Shown here: positions 45,820 to 54,756 of the stretch, one piece after another
Position numbering within the stretch: the first letter of the stretch is position 1
How the letters are laid out: every line of letters begins with the position of its first letter
NCBI GenBank assembly: GCA_965221125.1
Contig: CBDCRW010000004.1
Location: 160,001-224,000, forward strand
Direction: 5' to 3'
Length of the DNA stretch: 64,000 nt
Origin: Alphaproteobacteria bacterium
Lineage (GTDB): Bacteria; Pseudomonadota; Alphaproteobacteria; UBA828
Program-made: the position numbers and the translations under genes
The notes under the pieces: model-generated
What the model saw: the letters and a program-made list of their open reading frames with translations, nothing else
What the model was told of the DNA's origin: nothing
Database searches by the model: none

Positions 45820-47337
45820 ATGTTGGGTAAACCTGCACACTTCCTCGTCGCGTTCCTGTTGGCGGCGGGCTTCATGGTCGAGGCGGCACTGGCCGAGAGC
45901 GTGTTCCGGCTCGGCAGGGAGGCCGACGCCAAGGCGCTCGATCCGCCGCTGACGATCGAGAACCTCGACATCTGGACCATGAACAACATCAACGCGTACC
46001 TGGTCCGCGCGACCAAGAACGCCGATGACATCGAGCCCGATCTGGCGACGCACTGGGATATTTCCGAGGACGGCCTGACCTACACGTTCCATCTGCGTGA
46101 GGCCATGTTCTCCGACGGCTCGCCGGTCACCGCGCAGGACGCCAAGTTCAGTATCGAGCGTGCGCGCGACCACGAGCTCGCAACCCAGGCGGCGCTCTAC
46201 CAGAACATCGCGTCGGTCGAGACGCCGGACGACCGCACGGTCGTGTTTACGCTCAAGGAGCCGTCGGCGCCGTTCCTTTCGATCCTCGCCATGTTCCCGG
46301 CCTCGATCCTGCCGCAGGCGGCGGTCGAGGAGCGGGGCGAGGACTTCGGCAGCAGCCCGGTGGGCGCCGGCGCCTTCCGCCTCAGTGAGTGGCGGCGCGG
46401 CGAGGTCATCGTCCTCGAGCGCAACCCCCACTACTGGGAGGAGGGACTGCCGCTGGTCGACCGGGTCGAGTGGCACGTCGTCTCGGAGGACAACACGCGG
46501 ATACTCAAGGTCCAGGCCGGCGAGCTGGACGCGGCGCTGTTCGTTCCCTTCAACCGCATCGCCGAGCTCGAGGCCAATCCCGACATCCAGATGATCCTCG
46601 ATCCCTCCAGCAAGACCGATCACCTGCTGCCCAACCACGCCAAGCCGCCGCTGGACAACCTGAATGTCCGCAAGGCGATCAGGTTGGCCATCGACTCCCA
46701 GGCCATCATCGACGTGGTGACCTTCGGCTACGCCACGCCGGCCAACACGTTCCTGTCCGCCGGCATGATGCACCACGACGGCGATGCGCCGCTGCCCGCC
46801 TACGATCCCGAGGAGGCCAAGGCCATGCTGGAGGCCGAAGGCGCGACCGGAACGACGCTCGGGCTCACGATTCAGGCAGGCAACCGGGTCGACGAGCAGA
46901 TATCCGTGCTGCTCCAGCAGCAGCTCGCGGAGGTCGGCATCACCATCGACATCAGGAAGGTCGATCCCAGCCAGTGGATCAATTTCCTGATCGAGGGCGA
47001 CTACGATCTCGGCACCGTCTACTGGACCAACGACATCATCGACCCGGACCAGAAGACGGCGTTCACCCTGATCGGGGACGACAACCGCAATTTCTTCAGT
47101 AACTGGACGTCACCCCCGGAGGTCACGGAACTCGTCAAGCAGGCGCGGGTCGAGCAGGACTTCGAAGAGCGCAGCGCTCTGTACGCTGCGCTGCAAATGA
47201 TCGCCAACGACAACGAGGTCCTCTACAGTCTGTACAACAGCCCCTTCCGCAACATCGCGCGCTCCTGCGTGCAGGGCTTCTTCCAGAGCCCGCTCGGCCG
47301 TGTCGACCTGGAACACGTCGACATGTCCGGCTGCTAG
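45820..47337 (+). CDS. Family 5 ABC substrate-binding protein (DppA-like)
   Basis: PDLATHWDISEDGLTYTFHLR, FSDGSPVTAQD, PVGAGAF, LERNPHYW. Confidence 0.95.
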   Translation: MLGKPAHFLVAFLLAAGFMVEAALAESVFRLGREADAKALDPPLTIENLDIWTMNNINAYLVRATKNADDIEPDLATHWDISEDGLTYTFHLREAMFSDGSPVTAQDAKFSIERARDHELATQAALYQNIASVETPDDRTVVFTLKEPSAPFLSILAMFPASILPQAAVEERGEDFGSSPVGAGAFRLSEWRRGEVIVLERNPHYWEEGLPLVDRVEWHVVSEDNTRILKVQAGELDAALFVPFNRIAELEANPDIQMILDPSSKTDHLLPNHAKPPLDNLNVRKAIRLAIDSQAIIDVVTFGYATPANTFLSAGMMHHDGDAPLPAYDPEEAKAMLEAEGATGTTLGLTIQAGNRVDEQISVLLQQQLAEVGITIDIRKVDPSQWINFLIEGDYDLGTVYWTNDIIDPDQKTAFTLIGDDNRNFFSNWTSPPEVTELVKQARVEQDFEERSALYAALQMIANDNEVLYSLYNSPFRNIARSCVQGFFQSPLGRVDLEHVDMSGC

Positions 47338-47483
47338 AGCGCGTCCGTCATTGACGGGCGCGCGACAGGCCGTGACAGCGGCCCGCCGCGAATGCGGCGC
47401 CCTCGCGGAGGCGCCGGTCGAAGACCGGCTGCCGTGAGCGATAAACTGTTGGAGCGGTTCCGTCTTGGAAGGAAATTCTCCAG
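47335..47483. repeat. Structured intergenic repeat, copy 2 (149 bp)
   Basis: Aligns to 41729-41906 with a shorter central hairpin (CCGGTC-GAA-GACCGG) and a degenerate right hairpin. Confidence 0.85.
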
Positions 47484-47599
47484 CGGTCGTTTGTCACTAA
47501 GCGGGGCGTCCTCCGGGGCGCCCCGCACCGTCCTCGGCCCGTAGCGTCCGAACGGAGGACACCCGCGCCGCGCGTCGGCGAGACGAGGAGGGCAGGCCC

Positions 47600-48301
47600 A
47601 TGCGCATCAGGGACATGAACTGGATGCAGGTCGAGGCCTACCTCGAGCGGGACGACCGCGCCGCGATCCCCCTCGGCAGCACCGAGCAGCATGCGCAGCT
47701 CAGCCTGATGGTGGATTGCATCCTCTCCGAGCGAGTGGCCGTCGACGCCGCCGAGCCCCTCGGCATTCCGGTCTTTCCGCCGGTCAACTACGGCATCACG
47801 CCCTACTTCAAGGCCTATCCCGGCACCATCTCCATGCGGCCCGAGACCCTGATCGCCGTCTTCCGCGACGTCTTCGATTCCCTCAAGCGGGCCGGCTTCC
47901 GCCGCATCATGGTGGTCAACGGCCACGGCGGCAACGCGCCCGTCGCCTCGCTCGCGCAGGACTGGATGAGCGAGAACGAGGGCGTCACGGTCAGGTTCCA
48001 CAACTGGTACAACGCGCCTGAGACGTGGAAGCAGGTCCAGGCGATCGACCCCATCGCAAGCCACGCGTCCTGGATGGAGAACTTTCCGTGGACGCGGCTG
48101 CTCGACGCCGCGGCACCCGCAGGCGGGAAGGAGATGGTCGACATCTCCCGCATGATGTTGATGGGCCCGGCCGAGATCCGCGCCTACATCGGCGACGGCA
48201 ACCTTGGCGGCGCATACGAGAAGCCCGACGACGTGATGATGACGCTCTGGCGGACGGCCGTGGAGGAGACCCGCGCCCTTCTCGACGGCCCGTGGTCGTG
48301 A
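47600..48301 (+). CDS. Creatininase family amidohydrolase
   Basis: PLGSTEQH, D, YPGTIS, VNGHGGN and HASWME metal-ligand pattern. Confidence 0.93.
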   Translation: MRIRDMNWMQVEAYLERDDRAAIPLGSTEQHAQLSLMVDCILSERVAVDAAEPLGIPVFPPVNYGITPYFKAYPGTISMRPETLIAVFRDVFDSLKRAGFRRIMVVNGHGGNAPVASLAQDWMSENEGVTVRFHNWYNAPETWKQVQAIDPIASHASWMENFPWTRLLDAAAPAGGKEMVDISRMMLMGPAEIRAYIGDGNLGGAYEKPDDVMMTLWRTAVEETRALLDGPWS

Positions 48302-49317
48302 CGGCGCCGCTGCTCGTCTGGGGCGCCGGCGCCATCGGCGGCACCGTTGGCGCCTGCCTCGCGCGCGCGGGCCACGCGGTGACGTTCGTCGACATCGTGG
48401 AAGAGCACGTGGCGGCCATCGCGAGCACGGGGCTCGCGATCGAGGGGCCGGTGGATACCTTCCGCATCGCCGCGCCCGCCCACACGCCGGAGCGTCTGAG
48501 CGGCCGCTACGACCGCGCGCTCCTCTGCGTCAAGGGCCAGCACACCGAGGCCGCGGTGCGGAGCCTCGCCCCCTTCCTCGCCGATGACGGCTACGCCGTC
48601 TCCGTGCAGAACGGGCTCAATGAGCCCGCGATGGCGACGGTGCTTGGGCGGGAGCGCGTGATCGGCTGCTTCGTCAACTTCGGGGCCGATTACCTGGAGC
48701 CCGGCCGCATTCACTTCGGCGGCCGCGGTGCCGTCGTGCTGGGCGAGTTGGACGGGGAGATCACGCCGCGCCTCCACGCGCTCCTCGCCGTCTTCCGCGA
48801 CTTCGACCCCGACGCCCGGTCGAGCGCGAACATCTGGGGCTACCTCTGGGGCAAGCTCGGCTACGGCGCGCTGCTGTTCGCGACCGCGCTCGGCAACGAG
48901 TCGATCGCCGACGCGCTGGCGCACCCACCCCACCGCGCGCTCTACCGTGCGCTCGGCGAGGAGGTGATGCGCGTCGCAGGCGCCAACGGCATCGCGCCCG
49001 AGGGCTTCAACGGCTTCGACCCGGCAGGCTTCGTGCCCGGCGCGGACTCAGGCCTCACCGAGCGCTCGATGGCGGCCATGGTGGCCTACAACCGGGGCTC
49101 GGCAAAATCGCACAGCGGGGTCTGGCGCGACCTCGCCGTCCGCAAGCGGCCGACGGAGGTGGAGCCGATGATCGGCGCCGTCGTCCGCGAGGCTACGGCG
49201 CAGGGGATCGAGACGCCGCTGCTGGCAAGGCTTACCGCCATGATCCACGAGGTCGAGGAGGGCCGCCGCCCGCTCGACCGCGCCAACATCGACGCGCTTG
49301 CGGCCGAGGCGGCGTGA
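48298..49317 (+). CDS. Ketopantoate reductase (PanE/ApbA) family oxidoreductase
   Basis: WGAGAIGG, CVKG, QNGL, LWGKL, RPTEV; GTG start overlaps the upstream stop. Confidence 0.9.
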   Translation: MTAPLLVWGAGAIGGTVGACLARAGHAVTFVDIVEEHVAAIASTGLAIEGPVDTFRIAAPAHTPERLSGRYDRALLCVKGQHTEAAVRSLAPFLADDGYAVSVQNGLNEPAMATVLGRERVIGCFVNFGADYLEPGRIHFGGRGAVVLGELDGEITPRLHALLAVFRDFDPDARSSANIWGYLWGKLGYGALLFATALGNESIADALAHPPHRALYRALGEEVMRVAGANGIAPEGFNGFDPAGFVPGADSGLTERSMAAMVAYNRGSAKSHSGVWRDLAVRKRPTEVEPMIGAVVREATAQGIETPLLARLTAMIHEVEEGRRPLDRANIDALAAEAA

Positions 49318-49321
49318 CGCG

Positions 49322-50089
49322 ATGGAGGGCTCGTTCCGGGACAGGACGGTAATCGTGACCGGCGCAGGGCACGGCTTCGGCCGCGCCATCGCCCATGCGT
49401 TCGCCGCGCGTGGCGCGTGGGTCTCAGCCTGCGACATCAACGAGGATGCGCTTGCCGTCACCGCCCGCGAGGCCCCGGCAGGCGGCACGCTGACGGTGGG
49501 TCGCCTCGACGTCACGGACCGGGCCGCCGTGCGCGATTATGTCGGCTCGATCCAGGTGGAGCGCGGCGCGGTCGACATCCTCGTCAACAACGCCGGCGGG
49601 GTCGTGGGCCAGACCGGGCAGCCGCTGGAAGCGATCGGCGAAGAGGCGTGGCACGCCATCGTCGACGTCAACATGACCGCCGTCTTCACCATGGTGCAGG
49701 CGGTCGCTCCTGGCATGAAGGCTGCGGGCTACGGCCGTGTGGTCAACATCTCCAGCGGCGCCGGGCTGCGCTTCAGCCTCACCGGCATCCAGGCCTACGC
49801 CGCCGCCAAGGCGGGGCAAATCGGCCTCACCCGCCAACTGGCTTTCGAGCTCGGGCCCCACGGCGTCACCGTCAACAGCGTGGCCCCCGGCTTCGTCAAG
49901 TCCAACCCGATGACAGAGCGGCAGTGGGAGGCGATGGGCGCCGAGGGCCAGGCCGCGCTGATCGAGAGCATGGCGACGCGGCGGCTCGGCTCGGCGGAGG
50001 ACATCGCGCGCGCCGTCCTCTTCTTCGCATCCGAGGACTCCGGCTGGATCACCGGCCAGACCCTCTCGGTCGACGGCGGCAGGCTGTGA
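49322..50089 (+). CDS. Short-chain dehydrogenase/reductase (FabG-like)
   Basis: TGAGHGFG, NNAG, YAAAK, ITGQTLSVDGG. Confidence 0.96.
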   Translation: MEGSFRDRTVIVTGAGHGFGRAIAHAFAARGAWVSACDINEDALAVTAREAPAGGTLTVGRLDVTDRAAVRDYVGSIQVERGAVDILVNNAGGVVGQTGQPLEAIGEEAWHAIVDVNMTAVFTMVQAVAPGMKAAGYGRVVNISSGAGLRFSLTGIQAYAAAKAGQIGLTRQLAFELGPHGVTVNSVAPGFVKSNPMTERQWEAMGAEGQAALIESMATRRLGSAEDIARAVLFFASEDSGWITGQTLSVDGGRL

Positions 50090-51489
50090 CGCCGGAGGCT
50101 TTCCTCGACGCCAACGTCGATCGCTTCATCGGCGACCTCTGCGCTTTCGTTCGCATCCCCAGCATCAGCACCGATCCCGCTTATGCCGACGGGATCGACG
50201 AGGCGGTGCGCTTCGTCGCGGCCCGTATGGAGCGCGCCGGCCTCGAGAACGTGGCGGTCCTGCCGACGGAGGGTCATCCCCTCGTCTATGCCGACTGGCT
50301 GCGCGCGGGCGACGCGCCAACGGTGCTGGTCTACGGCCATTACGACGTGCAGCCGCCGGACCCGCTGGAGGACTGGGCGAGCCCGCCGTTCGAGCCCAAG
50401 GTGCGGGACAGCCGCCTCTACGGCCGCGGCGCGTCCGACGACAAGGGGCCCATGCTCATCCCGCTCAACGTGGCGGAAGCCTTTCTGCGGACGAACGGGG
50501 GCCTGCCCGTCAATCTGAAGTTCGTGATCGAAGGCGAGGAGGAGATGGGGAGCGCCCATCTTGCAGCGGCCGTGCGCGAACACCGCGAGCGGCTCAAAGC
50601 CGACGTCGTCCTCTCAGCGGACGGCGCGCAGTGGCGGCCCGACCTCGTCACCGTGAACGTCGCCTGCCGCGGCATCGTCACGCTCGATGTCAGCCTGACC
50701 ACGGCCGGCAAGGATCTCCATTCCGGACGCTACGGCGGCACCGTCGCCAATGCCGCGCACGCGCTGGCCCGTCTCGTCGCAGGCCTCCACGACGAGACCG
50801 GCCGCATCGCCGTCGCCGGCTTCTACGACGACGTGCGCCCGCCAACCAACGCCGAGCGCGACAGGGTGGCGGTCATTCCCTTCGACGAGGCGGCCTATCT
50901 CGCCGCCATCGGCGCCGAGGCCGGAATCGGCGAGCCCGGCTACACCACGCTGGAGCGCCAGTGGCTCCGCCCCACGCTCGACGTCAACGGCCTGGGCAGC
51001 GGCTACCAGGGGCCCGGCGTCAAGACGGTGATCCCGCACCGGGCCCACGCCAAGATCTCCTGCCGGCTGGTGCCGGACCAGACGCCCGAGCGCATCCGCG
51101 CGCTGCTCGTCGGCCATTGCGAGCGGCACATGCCGCCCGGCGCCCGGATCGAATTCGCGGATGACGGGGTCGGCATGCGACCGGCACGCGTGCACGAAAA
51201 CCATCCGGCGCTCACCGTCGTCGAAGACGTGCTGGAGGAGGTGCGGGGCACGCGCCCCTTGCGGGTCCGCATGGGCAGCTCGATCCCCATCGGGGGTATT
51301 TTCCGTAACGTGCTCGGGATCGAGACGGTGTTCCTCTCCTTCTCGACGGCGGACGAAGACTTTCATGCGCCCAACGAGTTTTTCCGGCTTTCGAGCCTGC
51401 GCGTCGGGCACGTCGTCTGGGCGCGCTGCCTCGAGCGTCTCGGGCGTCAGACTGCCGCGCTTTACGCGGCGTACCGCCCCATTGCTTAG
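50086..51489 (+). CDS. M20 family dipeptidase/amidohydrolase
   Basis: YGHYDVQP, GRGASDDKG, EGEEE, DLHSG, HAPNE. Confidence 0.95.
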   Translation: MTPEAFLDANVDRFIGDLCAFVRIPSISTDPAYADGIDEAVRFVAARMERAGLENVAVLPTEGHPLVYADWLRAGDAPTVLVYGHYDVQPPDPLEDWASPPFEPKVRDSRLYGRGASDDKGPMLIPLNVAEAFLRTNGGLPVNLKFVIEGEEEMGSAHLAAAVREHRERLKADVVLSADGAQWRPDLVTVNVACRGIVTLDVSLTTAGKDLHSGRYGGTVANAAHALARLVAGLHDETGRIAVAGFYDDVRPPTNAERDRVAVIPFDEAAYLAAIGAEAGIGEPGYTTLERQWLRPTLDVNGLGSGYQGPGVKTVIPHRAHAKISCRLVPDQTPERIRALLVGHCERHMPPGARIEFADDGVGMRPARVHENHPALTVVEDVLEEVRGTRPLRVRMGSSIPIGGIFRNVLGIETVFLSFSTADEDFHAPNEFFRLSSLRVGHVVWARCLERLGRQTAALYAAYRPIA

Positions 51490-51614
51490 TTCAGCGGCAA
51501 CGACGGCCCTTCGGTGCATTGTTGCTCATGGCCAAGCGGCATTGTTTCGGCGCACCGCGACTGGCAGCGCGCCGAAATCCTGGCGCCCCATGATCGCCTT
51601 GCAGCGCGCAAATC

Positions 51615-53067
51615 GATCGTGTCCCGAGGAGTGGTGTAAGAGCGTCGCGCTTTACGCGGCATCCGGCGGGTAGGGCCGGGTTATTCAGGCTGCCACAGCG
51701 GACAGCTTGATCGTGGGATTGTCGCTCAGGGGAGCGATCGATTCCAGCGTCATGTACCTCCTTCCGACGGTCCATTCGTCGTTCTGCTCGAGCAGCACGG
51801 CGCCGACGAGGCGGGTGATGGCGTCCTCGTTGGGGAAGATGCCGACGACGTTGGTGCGTCGCTTGATCTCGCCGTTGACGCGTTCGAGCGGGTTGGTCGA
51901 GTGAAGCTTGACCCGGTGCTCCTTGGGGAAGCTCATGTAGGCGAGGACGTCGTGCTGGGCCTCGTCCATGAGGGCCGCCAGCTTGGAGGCCTTGGGCCTG
52001 AGCTGGTCGGCGATCAGGCGCCACTGGGCGGCAGCGGCCTCGGCATCGTCCTGGGCGAAGGCGGTGGCGACGAAGGCGGAGACGACGCGCCGGCCCTGCT
52101 TGCCGGCATGGGCCAGCAGGTTGCGCATGAAGTGGACGCGGCATCTCTGCCAGGTGGCGCCGAGGATCCGGGTGGTGGCGGCCTTCAGGCCCTTGTGGTC
52201 GTCGGAGATCACCAGCTGCACGCCGCGCAGGCCGCGCCTGGTCAGCGAGCGCAGGAACTCGGTCCAGAAGGTCTCGGCCTCGGAGGCGCCGATCGCCATG
52301 CCGAGGATCTCGCGCCGGCCCTGGTCGTTGACCGCGACGGCCACGGTGACCGCGACCGGGACGATGCGCCCGGCCTCGCGCACCTTCACGTAAGTCGCAT
52401 CCAGCCAGAGATAGGGCCAGTCGCCTTCGAGCGGGCGGTCGAGGAAGCTGCGGATCTTGTCGTCTATCTCCCCGCAAAGGCGCGAGACCTGGCTCTTCGA
52501 TATCCCGCTCATGCCCATGGCCTGAACCAGTTCGTCGACCGAGCGGGTCGATACCCCCTGGATGTAGGCCTCCTGGATCACCGCCGTGAGCGCCTTCTCC
52601 GCCGTCCGTCGGGGCTCCAGGAAGCCGGGGAAGTAGCTCCCCTTCCTGAGCTTCGGAATCTTCAGGTCGACCGTGCCGGCCCGGGTCTCCCAAGGCCGAT
52701 CGCGGTAGCCGTTGCGCTGGTTGATCCGCTCCGGCGTCCGCGCGCCATGCTCGGCGCCGGTCAGGCCCTCGACTTCCAGCTCCATAAGGCGCTGCGCAGA
52801 GAAGGCGATCATCTCACGCAGCAGATCGGCGTCAGAGCTCTTCTCCAACAGCGTCCGCAGGGTAAGCTTGTCATCGGTCATCGTGGTTCTCCTTAGGCTC
52901 GGGTCGATTCGGATTCACCCAAACCCTAAACCGGAACCGCGATGGCCACCCCGCTGTGGATAACCGGCTTGGCGCCACCAGACTCGAGGGCGGTCGCGGC
53001 GCCAAGCCGGTTACCCACAGCTACCGGGGGTAGCGGGAGCTCCTACACCACGTCTGGGGACACAACC
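51615..53067 (-). mobile_element. IS256 family insertion sequence
   Basis: 8-bp target duplication CGCAAATC at 51607-51614 and 53068-53075. Terminal IRs GATCGTGTCCC..GTGGTGTA and TACACCAC..GGGACACAACC. Confidence 0.92.
51685..52881 (-). CDS. IS256 family transposase
   Basis: [47 protein letters not shown]. Confidence 0.97.
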   Translation of the reverse strand: MTDDKLTLRTLLEKSSDADLLREMIAFSAQRLMELEVEGLTGAEHGARTPERINQRNGYRDRPWETRAGTVDLKIPKLRKGSYFPGFLEPRRTAEKALTAVIQEAYIQGVSTRSVDELVQAMGMSGISKSQVSRLCGEIDDKIRSFLDRPLEGDWPYLWLDATYVKVREAGRIVPVAVTVAVAVNDQGRREILGMAIGASEAETFWTEFLRSLTRRGLRGVQLVISDDHKGLKAATTRILGATWQRCRVHFMRNLLAHAGKQGRRVVSAFVATAFAQDDAEAAAAQWRLIADQLRPKASKLAALMDEAQHDVLAYMSFPKEHRVKLHSTNPLERVNGEIKRRTNVVGIFPNEDAITRLVGAVLLEQNDEWTVGRRYMTLESIAPLSDNPTIKLSAVAA

Positions 53068-53237
53068 CGCAAATCGATCCAGCGCGTAGTCCCAGTCGCT
53101 CGCGACGTGATACGCGGGCGCGGGACTCCAGTTGACAGGCATGATGCCGCGCCGCACGTGAACGGTCGGGCCGCAATGCGGCCGCCTGCCAATTGCTGAT
53201 TGGTGAGAAATTTCCACTGCTGCATCGGAAACTCTAT

Positions 53238-53372
53238 TCAGTCGGCGATGCGTTGCGCCGGTTCGCGAAGTTGTCCGATGGTCCAGTTGGACGCGTAGCC
53301 TTCGGTGACGTCGCTTGACCGGGCATAGTTGACCAGCCGCCTGGTCAGTGATTGCGGCAGAAGAAGGTCGAG
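53238..53372 (-). pseudogene. C-terminal remnant of a third tyrosine integrase
   Basis: Manual translation LDLLLPQSLTRRLVNYARSSDVTEGYASNWTIGQLREPAQRIAD* resembles an integrase box II (L-V-N-H...DVTxGY), with His replaced by Tyr. Confidence 0.6.
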
Positions 53373-53502
53373 AAGCGGCGGGGCACCGCCAGCATGACGG
53401 GGCCGCCGACCTTGAGAAGACTCGTCGTGTGCGTGTGCGCCTCCAACGTCACAATGAGATTTGACGGCTCGGTACGGGCGGATGAGCGTCAGCGATCATC
53501 GC

Positions 53503-54720
53503 TCAGGAGCCTGTCAGATGAAGATGTCCACCGTCCTTCCCGCGGTGCCTGTAAAGGTCCGCCCCGATGCTGGCTGCGACCTTGGCCGCGGACTCCTTGA
53601 CGGAATCGCGCGCCAGGTGCGCGTAGCGCGCGGTGGTCTCGACCTGCGTGTGGCCCAGCAGCCTGCCGATCATCGGCAGACTCTCGCCGAGCGCCAATGC
53701 ACGCGAGGCCCAGGAATGACGCAGGTCATGAAGCCGTACGTCTTCCAGTCCGGCGCGTCGGCGGATGATGTCCCAGGGCTGGCTGAGGTTGTGCAGGTGC
53801 GTGCCGCGCTTCCTGCTCACGATCACCCAGGGATTGTCCGGAACGCGCGGCAGATCGGTCAGCACCCGCGCTGCCGCCGGCGACAGAGGCAGCGCTCGGG
53901 GACCCGTTTTCGAATCGGCGAGGTGCAGCACCTTCGCCTCAAGGTCCACATCGGTCCAGCGCAGGCGCAGAATCTCGCTGCGACGGCACCCCGTCAACAT
54001 CAACAGGCGCAGCGCGGCAACCGCGTACCGTGACGCGCCGCCCTCGTGGGCGGCCTCGGCCAGCACGCGACCAAGGCGGCGAAACTCCTCTTCGGTGAGA
54101 AAGCGCTCGTGCTTGCGGGCCTTGTACTTCGGAAACGAGCGGCACGGATTGGTCCCCTCCGGCACCAGTTCCCACGCCTCCGCCCGATTGAACATCCGGG
54201 ACAGGACGGCCACCACGTGGTTCGCCGTGGCAGGCCGGTCGCGTAGCCGGAAATGAATGTCGGCAACCTGCTTGCGCTCAAGCGCCTCGATGGGAACGTG
54301 GCCCAGCTCGGGAACGATATGGTTCTTCAGCAGCAGGCGGCACAACTCCACCGTCTTTGGCTTGCAGCGGACCGCCACGTGCTCCGTCAGGTAGCGCTCA
54401 GCCAGCGCAGCAATCGTCGGTCCCTCCGGCCTGGACGTTTCGGGATTCGACGGGTTCAAATCCTCTCCCGCCTTGATGCGCGTGATCGTCTGCGCTGCTC
54501 GCTGGCGCGCCTGCTCGGCCGTCAATACGCCGTGGCGGCCTATCGTGACCCGCCTCGACTTCCCCTTGGCGCGGGCCTGCACGATGTAAACCTTCTTGCC
54601 TGACGCATAGGCGCGCACGCCGAAGCCCGAAAGCTCCCGGTCCCAGAAGATCGTGTCCTGCTCCACCTCCAGCGCCTCGACCATGCGTTTCGAGATCGAC
54701 CTGTAGCGCAGCTTAGCCAT
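53503..54720 (-). CDS. Tyrosine recombinase/integrase with N-terminal arm-binding domain
   Basis: FWDRELSGFGVR arm domain; TGCRRSE, DSKTG, HDLRH, LLGH and TTARY catalytic set. Confidence 0.95.
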   Translation of the reverse strand: MAKLRYRSISKRMVEALEVEQDTIFWDRELSGFGVRAYASGKKVYIVQARAKGKSRRVTIGRHGVLTAEQARQRAAQTITRIKAGEDLNPSNPETSRPEGPTIAALAERYLTEHVAVRCKPKTVELCRLLLKNHIVPELGHVPIEALERKQVADIHFRLRDRPATANHVVAVLSRMFNRAEAWELVPEGTNPCRSFPKYKARKHERFLTEEEFRRLGRVLAEAAHEGGASRYAVAALRLLMLTGCRRSEILRLRWTDVDLEAKVLHLADSKTGPRALPLSPAAARVLTDLPRVPDNPWVIVSRKRGTHLHNLSQPWDIIRRRAGLEDVRLHDLRHSWASRALALGESLPMIGRLLGHTQVETTARYAHLARDSVKESAAKVAASIGADLYRHRGKDGGHLHLTGS

Positions 54721-54756
54721 GGCGCGCGGCGTCCTCCGTGCCCGATCCCCAAGCCA

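Noticed and set aside
41729-47483. Repeat pair considered as a CRISPR array or attC cassette sites
   Set aside because: Only two long copies 5.6 kb apart; no spacer periodicity, no cas or intI gene, and no RYYYAAC/GTTRRRY ends.
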